Positions 34,218 to 43,454 of a DNA stretch of 64,000 nucleotides are shown here, piece after piece; the stretch's first letter is position 1, and every line of letters starts with the position of its first letter. Origin of the DNA: Candidatus Woesebacteria bacterium (GTDB lineage: Bacteria; Patescibacteriota; Microgenomatia; UBA8517); NCBI GenBank assembly GCA_020060565.1, contig JAGVAE010000001.1, positions 130,671-194,670 of the forward strand, in the 5' to 3' direction. The notes under the pieces are model-generated. The model searched no databases and was not told where the DNA came from. It saw nothing but the letters and a program-made list of their open reading frames with translations. Position numbers and translations under genes: made by a program.

Positions 34218-34840
34218 TTGAGCTTTTAATTACGCTTTCTATTGTCGCGATTTTGGCCACAATTGCCATAATGTATGTTCGTGGTCAGGCGTTTAAAGGC
34301 AATGATGCCAGACGTAAGGCTGACATGGAAAGGATCAGGATTGCGGTTGAAGAATATGAAAAGGATCATAATTGTTATCCTCCTTATGTAATTTGTGGCA
34401 TTCACCCCGATCAGCCAATTTATCCTTATTTAAATAATGTTCCTTGCGACCCAGATACAAATGCTTCCTATTTTTATGATTATGAGGGAAGCACTTGTCC
34501 CAGCTGGTACCGTTTTTATTCAAAGTTATATTTTACACAAGATCCAGACGTCGTACCTGACATAGGGCCTAATTCAGCTTTCAATTATGTTACAGGCTCT
34601 GCGAATGCGCCAACTTCTGTACAATCAACTCCACCAAATACCTCATCAGTTCCGAATCCAACAGGTGGAATTGAAGAGCCAATTATAGAATCACAGTATT
34701 ACGGCTGCAAATCAGGAGCTTGTGTGCCGATTGCCTGGGACGAGACAAGACCGGGACCCGAGTGTGACCCTAGCTTTCAGAGCAGTGATTGCTATGGACG
34801 TTGTGGACCATCTGTTCTTGAGTGCAAAAATATAGAATAA
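34178..34840 (+). CDS. Type IV pilin-like protein
   Basis: G|FTLIELL; DARRKAD; Cys-rich C-terminus. Confidence 0.85.
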   Translation: MGTKNYRYTGFTLIELLITLSIVAILATIAIMYVRGQAFKGNDARRKADMERIRIAVEEYEKDHNCYPPYVICGIHPDQPIYPYLNNVPCDPDTNASYFYDYEGSTCPSWYRFYSKLYFTQDPDVVPDIGPNSAFNYVTGSANAPTSVQSTPPNTSSVPNPTGGIEEPIIESQYYGCKSGACVPIAWDETRPGPECDPSFQSSDCYGRCGPSVLECKNIE

Positions 34841-34841
34841 A

Positions 34842-35426
34842 ATGAAATTTTTTTCCAAATCAGAACTAATATCGATAGCTGTAATTTTTTTGATTTTGAT
34901 TGTAGTATCTTGGCCAAATTTTACACTTAGTATGCGAAGAGCTCGTGATCAAATAAGAAGGGATGATATTGGAAATATTCAAGCAGCCATCGATGAATAT
35001 TTTGACGATTATGGTATTTTTCCTGCATCATCTACTGACGGCAAACTTGCTGTTTGTAAGGGACCCTGTGCTTGGGGACAGGATACTTGGATAAATCTTA
35101 CTCCAGGGGTAAATAAAACCTATATGAAGGTAGTTCCAGGAGACCCAAATTTGAGCAAAGGTATAAGTTATTCTTATTTTTCAGACGGCAGCCGTTATCA
35201 GCTTTTGGCATACCTTGAAGGTGAAAAAGATGAGATTGAATATGATGGGAGGCTTGAGAAACGTGGGGTTAAATGTGGAAACAAAATTTGTAATTTAGGA
35301 AGAGCCAATAATGTACCACTTTATATTTCAGTCGAAGAATATGGATTGCAGATTCTTTGTAGTCAATATCCTAAAAATGAAAAATGTATAAATTGGAAAC
35401 CTATTCCACCTGAACAATATGAATAA
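34842..35426 (+). CDS. Atypical pilin-like protein
   Basis: FSKSEL N-terminus, hydrophobic helix, ARDQIRRDD. Confidence 0.75.
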   Translation: MKFFSKSELISIAVIFLILIVVSWPNFTLSMRRARDQIRRDDIGNIQAAIDEYFDDYGIFPASSTDGKLAVCKGPCAWGQDTWINLTPGVNKTYMKVVPGDPNLSKGISYSYFSDGSRYQLLAYLEGEKDEIEYDGRLEKRGVKCGNKICNLGRANNVPLYISVEEYGLQILCSQYPKNEKCINWKPIPPEQYE

Positions 35427-35907
35427 AAATGGATTCACATTAGTAGAACTTTTAGTTGTTATTTCGATTATTGGAATTCTTGCTTCCATTGGTTTGGTTT
35501 CTTTCAGAAGCGCACAGTTCAGAAGTAGGGATGCCCAGAGGAAGTCAGATATGAAACAGCTTACAAATGCACTTGAGCTTTTCTATTCTGATCATGGTAG
35601 ATATCCATCTTCAAATAATGGCCAAATAATGGCGTGTCCTTCGACAACAGAGACTGCGTGTGTTTGGGGTATATCCGAATTCAGTGACACAAAAACTACC
35701 TATTTTAAAGTCTTACCAAAAGATCCAACTACTGAACACACCTATTATTACAATACAGTGGCTGTTAATTCGGTAGATAATGCCGGATTTCAAATCTATA
35801 GCTATCTTGAAAATTCACAAGATCAGTCAATTATAACAACTGCAGTTTCTTGCGGAGGTGGAAAACTTTGTAATTTTGCCATAACTAGTCCTAATACAAC
35901 TCCCTAG
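35419..35907 (+). CDS. Type IV pilin / GspG-like
   Basis: G|FTLVELL; RDAQRKSD; LPKDP. Confidence 0.88.
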   Translation: MNKNGFTLVELLVVISIIGILASIGLVSFRSAQFRSRDAQRKSDMKQLTNALELFYSDHGRYPSSNNGQIMACPSTTETACVWGISEFSDTKTTYFKVLPKDPTTEHTYYYNTVAVNSVDNAGFQIYSYLENSQDQSIITTAVSCGGGKLCNFAITSPNTTP

Positions 35908-35929
35908 TCGGAATAATATATAATAAATT

Positions 35930-36358
35930 ATGAATAAAGTTGGATTTACACTTATTGAGATGCTTGTAGTAATATCTATTATAGGAATACTTGCTACGCT
36001 TGTTACTGCAAATTTAAATTCAGCTAGATCCAGAGCAAGAGATACTCAGCGAAAAAGTGATATTAAAAATATTGCAACAGCTCTTCGTGTTTATTATAAC
36101 GATAAAAATAGGTATCCTGCGACTCTTCCATCCTGGGGTGAGCAGTGGAGCGATAGCTCTACTGTTTATATGCCAACTCTTCCCCGCGACCCTTTTTCCC
36201 CTACTCAAGACTATCGTTATATAATGGGAACAATATCTGATTCAACAGATACGGATTCATTTACTCTTCAAGCATGTTTAGAAAACAAGAGTGATGCAAA
36301 TGGAATTCCAGCTGAAAGTTGGTGTCCAACGGGGACAATGTTTCAAATCACACCATGA
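35930..36358 (+). CDS. Type IV pilin / GspG-like
   Basis: G|FTLIEML; RDTQRKSD; LPRDP. Confidence 0.88.
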   Translation: MNKVGFTLIEMLVVISIIGILATLVTANLNSARSRARDTQRKSDIKNIATALRVYYNDKNRYPATLPSWGEQWSDSSTVYMPTLPRDPFSPTQDYRYIMGTISDSTDTDSFTLQACLENKSDANGIPAESWCPTGTMFQITP

Positions 36359-36444
36359 TAACTAAGTACAAAGTACTAAGTACTAAGTACTCAGCATTTA
36401 CGCTGATAGAGCTTCTCGTGGTAATTTCCATCATTGGGATTTTA
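36350..36444 (+). repeat. 95-bp direct repeat (second copy 36871-36965) over pilin 5' ends
   Basis: 5 mismatches in 95 nt; includes previous gene's ACA CCA TGA and a heptamer array. Confidence 0.9.
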
Positions 36445-36879
36445 GCTGGACTTGCCGTTGTATCTTTTACATCTAGCCAGAAACAAGCCAGAGATACTGC
36501 AAGAAAAAGTGATCTATCGCAATATAGAAATTTACTTGAGACTTTTGCTAACAAAAATAATGGACTTTATCCCCTTTACTCAACTACTACGACAGCTGCA
36601 GGCAATCCTTGTACGGCTCTAAATACTAACCTAGGAGGAAGTGGTAGCTGTCCAGAAGATCCTAAATTTGAGAGTGGAGCAGATTACCCTCAGTATAGTT
36701 ATCAATCAGATGGATCAGGAAGTACTGGGTTAGCAGCCGCAACAGAGTATGTTCTTTGGGCTAAACTTGAAAACGAAACAAATATGCTTTGGGTTGTTTG
36801 TTCAACTGGACAGTCTGGAAAAGCGGCATCAACAACAACTATAACTGGTGGAAACTGTCCATCAGGACTTACACCATGA
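36355..36879 (+). CDS. Type IV pilin
   Basis: MITKYKVLSTKYSA|FTLIELL; start set to ATGA overlap. Confidence 0.88.
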   Translation: MITKYKVLSTKYSAFTLIELLVVISIIGILAGLAVVSFTSSQKQARDTARKSDLSQYRNLLETFANKNNGLYPLYSTTTTAAGNPCTALNTNLGGSGSCPEDPKFESGADYPQYSYQSDGSGSTGLAAATEYVLWAKLENETNMLWVVCSTGQSGKAASTTTITGGNCPSGLTP

Positions 36880-37346
36880 TAACTAAGTACAAAGTACTAA
36901 GTACAAAGTACTCAGCATTTACGCTGGTAGAGCTTCTTGTGGTAATTTCCATTATTGGTATTTTAATTGGGCTTTCTGTTTTTGGGCTTCAAGGGGCAAG
37001 GAAAGCATCTCGTGATGCTGTTCGAAAAGCTGATTTGGAACAAATAAGATCAGGACTTGGTATGTATAAAGCGGATTGTGACCTTTTCCCATCAGATTTA
37101 AACCTATCTTCGGCTACAAGCTTGCGTGGTGATGGCAGTACTACTGCCTGTTTAGTATCCAATGTTTATATCTCAGAAATTCCAACAGATCCAATTTCAC
37201 CAGCAGCTTCATACGTTTATAGTTCATCCGATGGAATAACTTACACAATTTGCGCCTCACTTGAACAAGGGGGTACGACAATCTCTTGTGGAGGATCAAC
37301 CAACTGTGGTGGAGCTACATGTAACTACCAAGTTTCAAACCCATGA
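36876..37346 (+). CDS. Type IV pilin
   Basis: MITKYKVLSTKYSA|FTLVELL; IPTDP. Confidence 0.88.
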   Translation: MITKYKVLSTKYSAFTLVELLVVISIIGILIGLSVFGLQGARKASRDAVRKADLEQIRSGLGMYKADCDLFPSDLNLSSATSLRGDGSTTACLVSNVYISEIPTDPISPAASYVYSSSDGITYTICASLEQGGTTISCGGSTNCGGATCNYQVSNP

Positions 37347-37840
37347 CATGCAGACGAGGCTATACACTGATAGAAATTTTAGTAGCAGTTTCCATAATTG
37401 GGATTCTTTTTAGTGTTGGTTATGCCAACTTCAGAGCATTTTCCCAGCGTCAAGCTGTTAAAGATGCAGCAAAGTTGATTCAGGCAGACTTAAGACTTAC
37501 TCAACAAATTGCCCTTTCTGGACAAAAACCAACTGACATAAATTGTAATTCCCCAGTCAACTCCCTTAATGGTTATTTTTTTACAATTCTTTCAGAATCC
37601 GTTTATGAGGTAAGAGCAAGTTGTACTGGAGGAGTTGTTTCTGAGGCAACAAAAACAGTAAATCTGGGAACTGGAGCGGTGTTTTCTTCTCCTTTCCCCT
37701 CCCCTAATCCAATACTATTTAAAGTTTTAGGAAATGGAACCAACATTCCAGATGGAGAAAATGTAATTATTGGTATAGTACAAATTGGAACAAATAATCA
37801 ATCAACCATTACAATTAGTTCAGGAGGACAAATACAGTGA
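37343..37840 (+). CDS. Minor pilin (FimU/GspH-like)
   Basis: G|YTLIEIL; ends ITISSGGQIQ. Confidence 0.8.
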   Translation: MTCRRGYTLIEILVAVSIIGILFSVGYANFRAFSQRQAVKDAAKLIQADLRLTQQIALSGQKPTDINCNSPVNSLNGYFFTILSESVYEVRASCTGGVVSEATKTVNLGTGAVFSSPFPSPNPILFKVLGNGTNIPDGENVIIGIVQIGTNNQSTITISSGGQIQ

Positions 37841-38295
37841 ACAAAGGGCAATCATTGTTTGAACTACTTATTGCGATTGGCATAAGTGCACTAATTATTG
37901 TTGTTTTGGTTTCGTTGGTATCTAGCGCCCTACAAAACGCAGCATTTGCAAAAAATCAAACCCTTGCAGGTAGATATGCCCAAGAAGCAACTGAATGGCT
38001 GAGAGGACAAAGAGATGTAAGTACCAACGCTTTCAGAGCCAATGTAGCATCTCGTCCATATGAGATTCCTAGGTGTTTTAATACTTTAAATTGGGTTTCA
38101 ATAGGCCCTTGTGGAGAGGGTGACACTATTGATGGACAGTTTACAAGACAAATTTCATTTAAAACTGTAAATGCTGAAGTAGATGGGGTTACAAAAGATA
38201 TAATTCAAACGGATGTAGTGGTTTCCTGGACAGATTCGAAAGGGTTGCATCAAATAACAAATGCAACAGATTTTTCAGATTGGAGGCAAAGATGA
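37837..38295 (+). CDS. Minor pilin (PilV-like)
   Basis: G|QSLFELL; AQEATEWLR; VVVSW. Confidence 0.8.
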   Translation: MNKGQSLFELLIAIGISALIIVVLVSLVSSALQNAAFAKNQTLAGRYAQEATEWLRGQRDVSTNAFRANVASRPYEIPRCFNTLNWVSIGPCGEGDTIDGQFTRQISFKTVNAEVDGVTKDIIQTDVVVSWTDSKGLHQITNATDFSDWRQR

Positions 38296-38783
38296 ACAAT
38301 AAAGGAATGTCTCTGCTTGAGATATTGGTTGTTGTATCAGTTTTCTCAATTCTTGGAATACTGATAACCAGGTCAATTCTTCTGACTCTTGGAGGTGGGA
38401 AAAAAAGTGAGTCACTAATAAAAATAAGAGAAAACTTGAATTATTCAATTGCTGTTATGGAAAGACAATTGAGAAATGCAGACTCGATAGTTGATTGTTC
38501 AAATTCTGATACAGTTTCAATAACCTACCTAGATCAAAATGGTATAGCCTCGTCTTTTTCTTGTGTAGCTGGAAGTGGAGGTTTGGCAGGATACGTGGCT
38601 TCAGGATCTGCAAAGTTATCTTCAGATACTGTCAACATCACAAATTGTTCTTTTGTTTGTGCATCCTCCTCAGGTACTCCATCTTCAGTTACAATAAATC
38701 TTGAAGGAACTGATGCATCAACAAGAGGGATTGAAAATACGATAGTTACTGCAAAAACCCAAATCTTTCTTAGAAACTATTAA
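38292..38783 (+). CDS. Minor pilin (PilW-like)
   Basis: G|MSLLEIL; MERQLRNA; ends LRNY. Confidence 0.8.
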   Translation: MNNKGMSLLEILVVVSVFSILGILITRSILLTLGGGKKSESLIKIRENLNYSIAVMERQLRNADSIVDCSNSDTVSITYLDQNGIASSFSCVAGSGGLAGYVASGSAKLSSDTVNITNCSFVCASSSGTPSSVTINLEGTDASTRGIENTIVTAKTQIFLRNY

Positions 38784-38804
38784 AACTATATAATAGTTCA
38801 CAAT

Positions 38805-39425
38805 ATGAAGCTTTATCTTGTTAGACACGGAGAGTCGCTGGCAAACAAAGAAGGATTTCATCACACACCAGAAACCCCTCTTTCAGAAGATGGAATAAAA
38901 CAAGCAAAAACAGTGGCTGAAAGATTAAAAAATATTGAGATCGATTTTATTTATTCAAGTCCTCAAAAAAGAGCTAGACAAACGGCTGAAATAATATCAA
39001 AACAAAAAAACCTTCCCATTGAGTTTTGGGATTTCTTAAGGGAAATTAGAGTTCCATCTGAAGTTTGGGGAAAATCTATCAATGATCCTGAGATAAAAAA
39101 GATTGATAACACTTACGATCTCAAATTTTTAAAAAATGAACGGTATTCGGATGATGAAACATTCGTGGAATTGGCAAATAGGGCTCAAACAGTTCTTGAT
39201 CACCTACTTGATAAACATAAAGCTGAGAATGTTCTTTGTGTATCACATAGCACCATGACTAAAATGATTGTTGCAAAAATAATTTTTGGAAATACTCTAA
39301 TCCCCACACAGTTTATCCTTTTGAGGAAGCATTTATGGGCAAAAAATACAGGAATTACTATTTGTGAACACTCAAAAAAATATGGCTGGAGTCTTAATAC
39401 CTGGAACGACTCAAGCCATTTATAA
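38805..39425 (+). CDS. Histidine phosphatase family protein
   Basis: LVRHGES, SSP..RA.QTA, VSH, NTG, WND..HL. Confidence 0.92.
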   Translation: MKLYLVRHGESLANKEGFHHTPETPLSEDGIKQAKTVAERLKNIEIDFIYSSPQKRARQTAEIISKQKNLPIEFWDFLREIRVPSEVWGKSINDPEIKKIDNTYDLKFLKNERYSDDETFVELANRAQTVLDHLLDKHKAENVLCVSHSTMTKMIVAKIIFGNTLIPTQFILLRKHLWAKNTGITICEHSKKYGWSLNTWNDSSHL

Positions 39426-39426
39426 T

Positions 39427-39442
39427 TTATGGAGCTACTTCT
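39427..39442 (-). repeat. Relict copy of the last codons (EVAP*) of the 910-aa gene
   Basis: GAA GTA GCT CCA TAA versus GAA GTA GCT CCC TAG at the gene end (40144-40158); 12-bp exact core ggagctacttct. Confidence 0.75.
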
Positions 39443-39854
39443 AAAACGAAGTTGTTATACCTACTTTTTTAAAACCTTTGTCTAAGGTAAAGACCTCATC
39501 CAATTTAAAGGATTTTATTAAAGAATAGATAGAAGCGTCAGTAAACGAGAGATTGTGTTCTGAAAATTTTATCATGGCATCTTCTGAATCTTTGAATATT
39601 CCATCCTCAATTTGGAAGACCCTCAATTTCTCATCCTTTTGAAGCTTAATAATTCTATCTATTGTTATTTTCAAAGCTCCGGAGCCATAATCATAAAGAA
39701 TTCTAGTATATAGTTCTGAAAGTACAAATATATTAGTGAAAAATAACGAATCTTCTTTTCTGTATTGATTGTATTTTTCAAGACACTTTTTGTGCCAGAT
39801 GTCTGTTTTTACCAAAATAGCAATTAATGGTCCAGTGTCAATAAATACTTTCAT
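39441..39854 (-). CDS. vapC: PIN-domain (VapC-like) toxin
   Basis: VFIDTG, LSELY, LSFTDA, FTLDKGF. Confidence 0.9.
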   Translation of the reverse strand: MKVFIDTGPLIAILVKTDIWHKKCLEKYNQYRKEDSLFFTNIFVLSELYTRILYDYGSGALKITIDRIIKLQKDEKLRVFQIEDGIFKDSEDAMIKFSEHNLSFTDASIYSLIKSFKLDEVFTLDKGFKKVGITTSF

Positions 39855-40105
39855 TTGTTGTAGTAAATATCATCAACCTTTTCTGAAGAATTTGTTACAC
39901 TCTTACCCTTTGTATTAATAATGCCAATTATCTCATCAAGATCTCCAATTTTATCGGAAAATGCAGGAGAAATTTTAACAAGATTTTGAGCCAAAGAATT
40001 TATAGCCATGCGAATCAAGGCTGAGCGTGGAATATTCGTTTCTTTCTCGAAATTATCTATTATGCTCACCGATCGGGAGTTTAAGTAAACCTGATATCTT
40101 TTCAT
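39851..40105 (-). CDS. Putative RHH antitoxin (VapB-like)
   Basis: MKRYQVYL...RSALIR...VDDIYY; ATGA coupling to vapC. Confidence 0.8.
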   Translation of the reverse strand: MKRYQVYLNSRSVSIIDNFEKETNIPRSALIRMAINSLAQNLVKISPAFSDKIGDLDEIIGIINTKGKSVTNSSEKVDDIYYNK

Positions 40106-40143
40106 AAATATACATTACACCAGATGGTGTATATTTGTCAAGG

Positions 40144-42876
40144 CTAGGGAGCTACTTCTTTCCAGTTAATTCTTCTGTAGCCAAACACTTTGGGGAAAAG
40201 CATAATTTGATCAGGGGCATATTCAAGATATTCTGATGGATCACTATTCCCGTCATTTCCCAAATCTCTTTCAAGAGCTACCCCACCATATGCAACAATG
40301 CTTCCCCTGGTCCAAAGCTGTGTTTCCCCAATTCCAGTACTTACTGCACCGTTTGCAAAATAAAGCCCTTCTAAGTCAGGCTCACCGCTATCTCCAAGAG
40401 TGGGGTCAATAACAATGTTTCCATTTACAACTAGCATGAAAAACCCTTGTCCGTCGACTAAATTAATATTACCTGTAATATTTACATTGGCATTGTCGAC
40501 CATAACAATTACCTTTCTTGTTCCAATATTTGTTTGAGGAATGGTTAAGTCCTGATTGCCAGAAGTTACTCCATCATATTTATACCAATAGTAATCATTA
40601 GAATCGGGTATTCCACCGCTCGATAAACTTCCTGAAACATCAGCTACATCAACCGAATTCATTAAAGACAATATGTCATCGGGGATTTGGTTTGCAAAAT
40701 AGGCATAATCATAACCACGAAGTCCAATAGGAGAACTGTTTACAAGCCACCCCACAGCTGAAACATCTTCTGCAGTTAAACTAGTTGTTGTGGCGTATGC
40801 AGGAATTCCAGGAAATCCTCCAAGACCAGGAAGATTAAAATAAGACCCTGTTGGAACCATGCTGGTCAAATCTCCCGTGCTTTGAATATCACTATCCCCA
40901 ACCTGCCACCAAGCCTGAGCACATTGATCAAAAACTAGAAATCTGGGGGGCGTTGCACTCATCCAAAGACCTTTACTTATATAGCCATATACTTTGACTT
41001 CATAGGTACCTAAGGGAAAACCAGTATAGCTAATGGGAAAGCTAACGGTCCTGTCATTTCCATTCACGGAAGTTGTTACATTTCCAGTTATACTTGCACC
41101 TAGTCCCGTAATACTTGAGGTAATGTTTCCTGTATCAAGATCTTCTGCCATAACAGCCATTTTTTGAACTCCTCCTTGGTATAAACCAACGTAGACTTTA
41201 CTTATTTCATCTCCTCCATTTTCTTTTAAAGAAGTAACTGTGGCGTCAAAAGTGATCTTTCCTCTTGGAAATTCATTACACACACTGTTAGCCCCTCCCA
41301 CCCCAGGAGGAACTATTGTGTTTGTTCTATTTTTCAGAACTAAGTTTTTAAGGGAAACTTCAGGGGATCCAACAGTGAAAGTGTAAATGGGGCAATTAAT
41401 ACTTCCCATTGTGTTTCCACCTACTGCACCAATAGTCCATTTGTATTGACCCTCAACACCATCTGTTGAATAATTAGCAACTGAAATAGCATCAATACCA
41501 ACCTGAGTAACAGGAGGATCCACCTTTTCAACAGTTATGGTATGGTGACCATTTGCCATTTTTGGTGAGACCCACTCATTATAGTGCTGCCAGTAATCAC
41601 TTTCCTTGTTGGGGTATAAATCTGAATATCCCTCTTGAATCTGGTATAGAACGTTATCTATATAAACATCTAAGATTGGAGCTGGATAATTAGCTATATT
41701 GCCATCTCCCCAAACATACGTTCCCCCTGGCATATTATTGCCGTAAATAATACTTAACCTATCACCCGTAAATGTAAAATAACCATATACACCAGGAGCA
41801 GAAACCTGCATAAAGTATCCACCATAAGCATTAGGATGATCATATCTTGTCCAACCGTTTCTACCGCCAGTAAATGTTATTGCTGGATGATTATCATCAT
41901 ATACAGTATTTCCAACAACAGCAGCATCAAAATTGGGATAATAATACCACCATGGTGCAGAGAAAGTGGCATTATGAGTTCCATTGGAAAGGGTGGGACT
42001 TGTCCAAACCTTTTGCCAGGCAATTTTATCCCTGTTTATCTGTTGATCAATAATTACCGCGTTTTCACTGTCCCCATCAATAGTAACCTTCATCTTTCCT
42101 CCATAGGGACGTTTCGGATAACTTATCACGAAACCTTCTCCATCAATCTCGTAGGTTGCCGAGGCTCCTGTTTGGGAGGTTGTTTTTGCAGTGCTGTTAA
42201 TAAGATAGTCATTTGTAACATTTTGCCAAGAACCTGAATAGTTTAATAAATTGTCGTCGTATGTAATACTTTTTCCATATGAAATTCCTGGCGTGTATGT
42301 ATATGCAGGAGAAGGATCACCTGAGTAGAGAGCGGTACCTTTGTGATATGCTACTTTTCGGGAATAATTTATATTATTTGGTCCTGGATAGGTTTTATAT
42401 AAATTTACGTGGGCTTCGTCATAATGATATTCACCTTCTCCAGTAGGTCTACACCAATAGTATCCTCCCGAATGGCTATCATATCTAAAGCTGTATTCCC
42501 ATCGAAGTGTGAGAGAGTCTTCAATTTCAATAGTGGAGTTGTCGGCAGGATAACTTGCATAGGGGCAATTTGGCCTACAAACATCATAACTCCCCCCACC
42601 TTCTTCTGCTTCTCCAACGTCGCAACAACCAGGCCATCCACTAATATTACATGAATATTGTCCTGGTCCACATTGTGAATCTGTGCAACTGCCAGGATTA
42701 CTGCAGCCTTCCTGATAATCGACGCAAATATCCAGGTTATTAAAACCACAAGGATAATAATAGGCCGTTATTTCACAACCACACTCAGCTTCGGTTGCAC
42801 TAATTTTTACAGGAATAAGTAACGAAATTATAATAAGAGACACGAAAACAATAATTTTAGATATTATAAGTTTCAT
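40144..42876 (-). CDS. Large secreted protein, candidate pilus-associated adhesin
   Basis: Signal peptide, Cys-rich N-terminus, Tyr-rich beta domains, C-terminus RRINWKEVAP. Confidence 0.7.
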   Translation of the reverse strand: MKLIISKIIVFVSLIIISLLIPVKISATEAECGCEITAYYYPCGFNNLDICVDYQEGCSNPGSCTDSQCGPGQYSCNISGWPGCCDVGEAEEGGGSYDVCRPNCPYASYPADNSTIEIEDSLTLRWEYSFRYDSHSGGYYWCRPTGEGEYHYDEAHVNLYKTYPGPNNINYSRKVAYHKGTALYSGDPSPAYTYTPGISYGKSITYDDNLLNYSGSWQNVTNDYLINSTAKTTSQTGASATYEIDGEGFVISYPKRPYGGKMKVTIDGDSENAVIIDQQINRDKIAWQKVWTSPTLSNGTHNATFSAPWWYYYPNFDAAVVGNTVYDDNHPAITFTGGRNGWTRYDHPNAYGGYFMQVSAPGVYGYFTFTGDRLSIIYGNNMPGGTYVWGDGNIANYPAPILDVYIDNVLYQIQEGYSDLYPNKESDYWQHYNEWVSPKMANGHHTITVEKVDPPVTQVGIDAISVANYSTDGVEGQYKWTIGAVGGNTMGSINCPIYTFTVGSPEVSLKNLVLKNRTNTIVPPGVGGANSVCNEFPRGKITFDATVTSLKENGGDEISKVYVGLYQGGVQKMAVMAEDLDTGNITSSITGLGASITGNVTTSVNGNDRTVSFPISYTGFPLGTYEVKVYGYISKGLWMSATPPRFLVFDQCAQAWWQVGDSDIQSTGDLTSMVPTGSYFNLPGLGGFPGIPAYATTTSLTAEDVSAVGWLVNSSPIGLRGYDYAYFANQIPDDILSLMNSVDVADVSGSLSSGGIPDSNDYYWYKYDGVTSGNQDLTIPQTNIGTRKVIVMVDNANVNITGNINLVDGQGFFMLVVNGNIVIDPTLGDSGEPDLEGLYFANGAVSTGIGETQLWTRGSIVAYGGVALERDLGNDGNSDPSEYLEYAPDQIMLFPKVFGYRRINWKEVAP

Positions 42877-43430
42877 TGGCTACATCCTTCCTTTTCTATA
42901 ACTCCAATTATTTTATATTTTACATTTACTCCCCAAGCTCTTAAAACATATTTACTCTTTTCGGGGTTGTCCATGTAGGTTACTGTAACAAAATACTCGT
43001 TATCCATTTGTTTTCTCCACAAGTCAAAATCTCCAGTTAGTTCTTCTATTACAGTGACTTCGTGAGTTCCTAGGGAGTTTCTGTTTTTTAAACTATTTAT
43101 TCCTTGACATACATCCTTAAAACCATATACACTATGGGACCTATTATGACTAAATCTCATCAAGCCACTTAATGTCCACATTCTGAATCCTTCTCCATCC
43201 TCTCCAGCATAAAATCCGTTAATTTTTTTGTTAGGCCCACGGTCCACAAAATCGATCCAGGTATATTTTTTATTTGGGATATTTGGAATTAGATAATTAA
43301 ACGCTACTGTTAATATTCTAAATCCACCAGTTTTGTAAAAAAAGATACCAAAAAGAGTCAATGTAGCGATAGAAATAAGTACAATAGAAACTTTCACAAA
43401 CAACTTAATATTGGGACCAACACTGGACAT
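42873..43430 (-). CDS. Membrane-anchored hypothetical protein coupled to the 910-aa gene
   Basis: N-terminal TM; ATGA overlap. Confidence 0.65.
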   Translation of the reverse strand: MSSVGPNIKLFVKVSIVLISIATLTLFGIFFYKTGGFRILTVAFNYLIPNIPNKKYTWIDFVDRGPNKKINGFYAGEDGEGFRMWTLSGLMRFSHNRSHSVYGFKDVCQGINSLKNRNSLGTHEVTVIEELTGDFDLWRKQMDNEYFVTVTYMDNPEKSKYVLRAWGVNVKYKIIGVIEKEGCSQ

Positions 43431-43454
43431 TAAGTTATATTAACATACTAGTTA

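Noticed and set aside
36350-36965. DGR template/variable repeat pair
   Set aside because: Mismatches are not adenine-specific, lie at 5' ends, and no reverse transcriptase is in the window.
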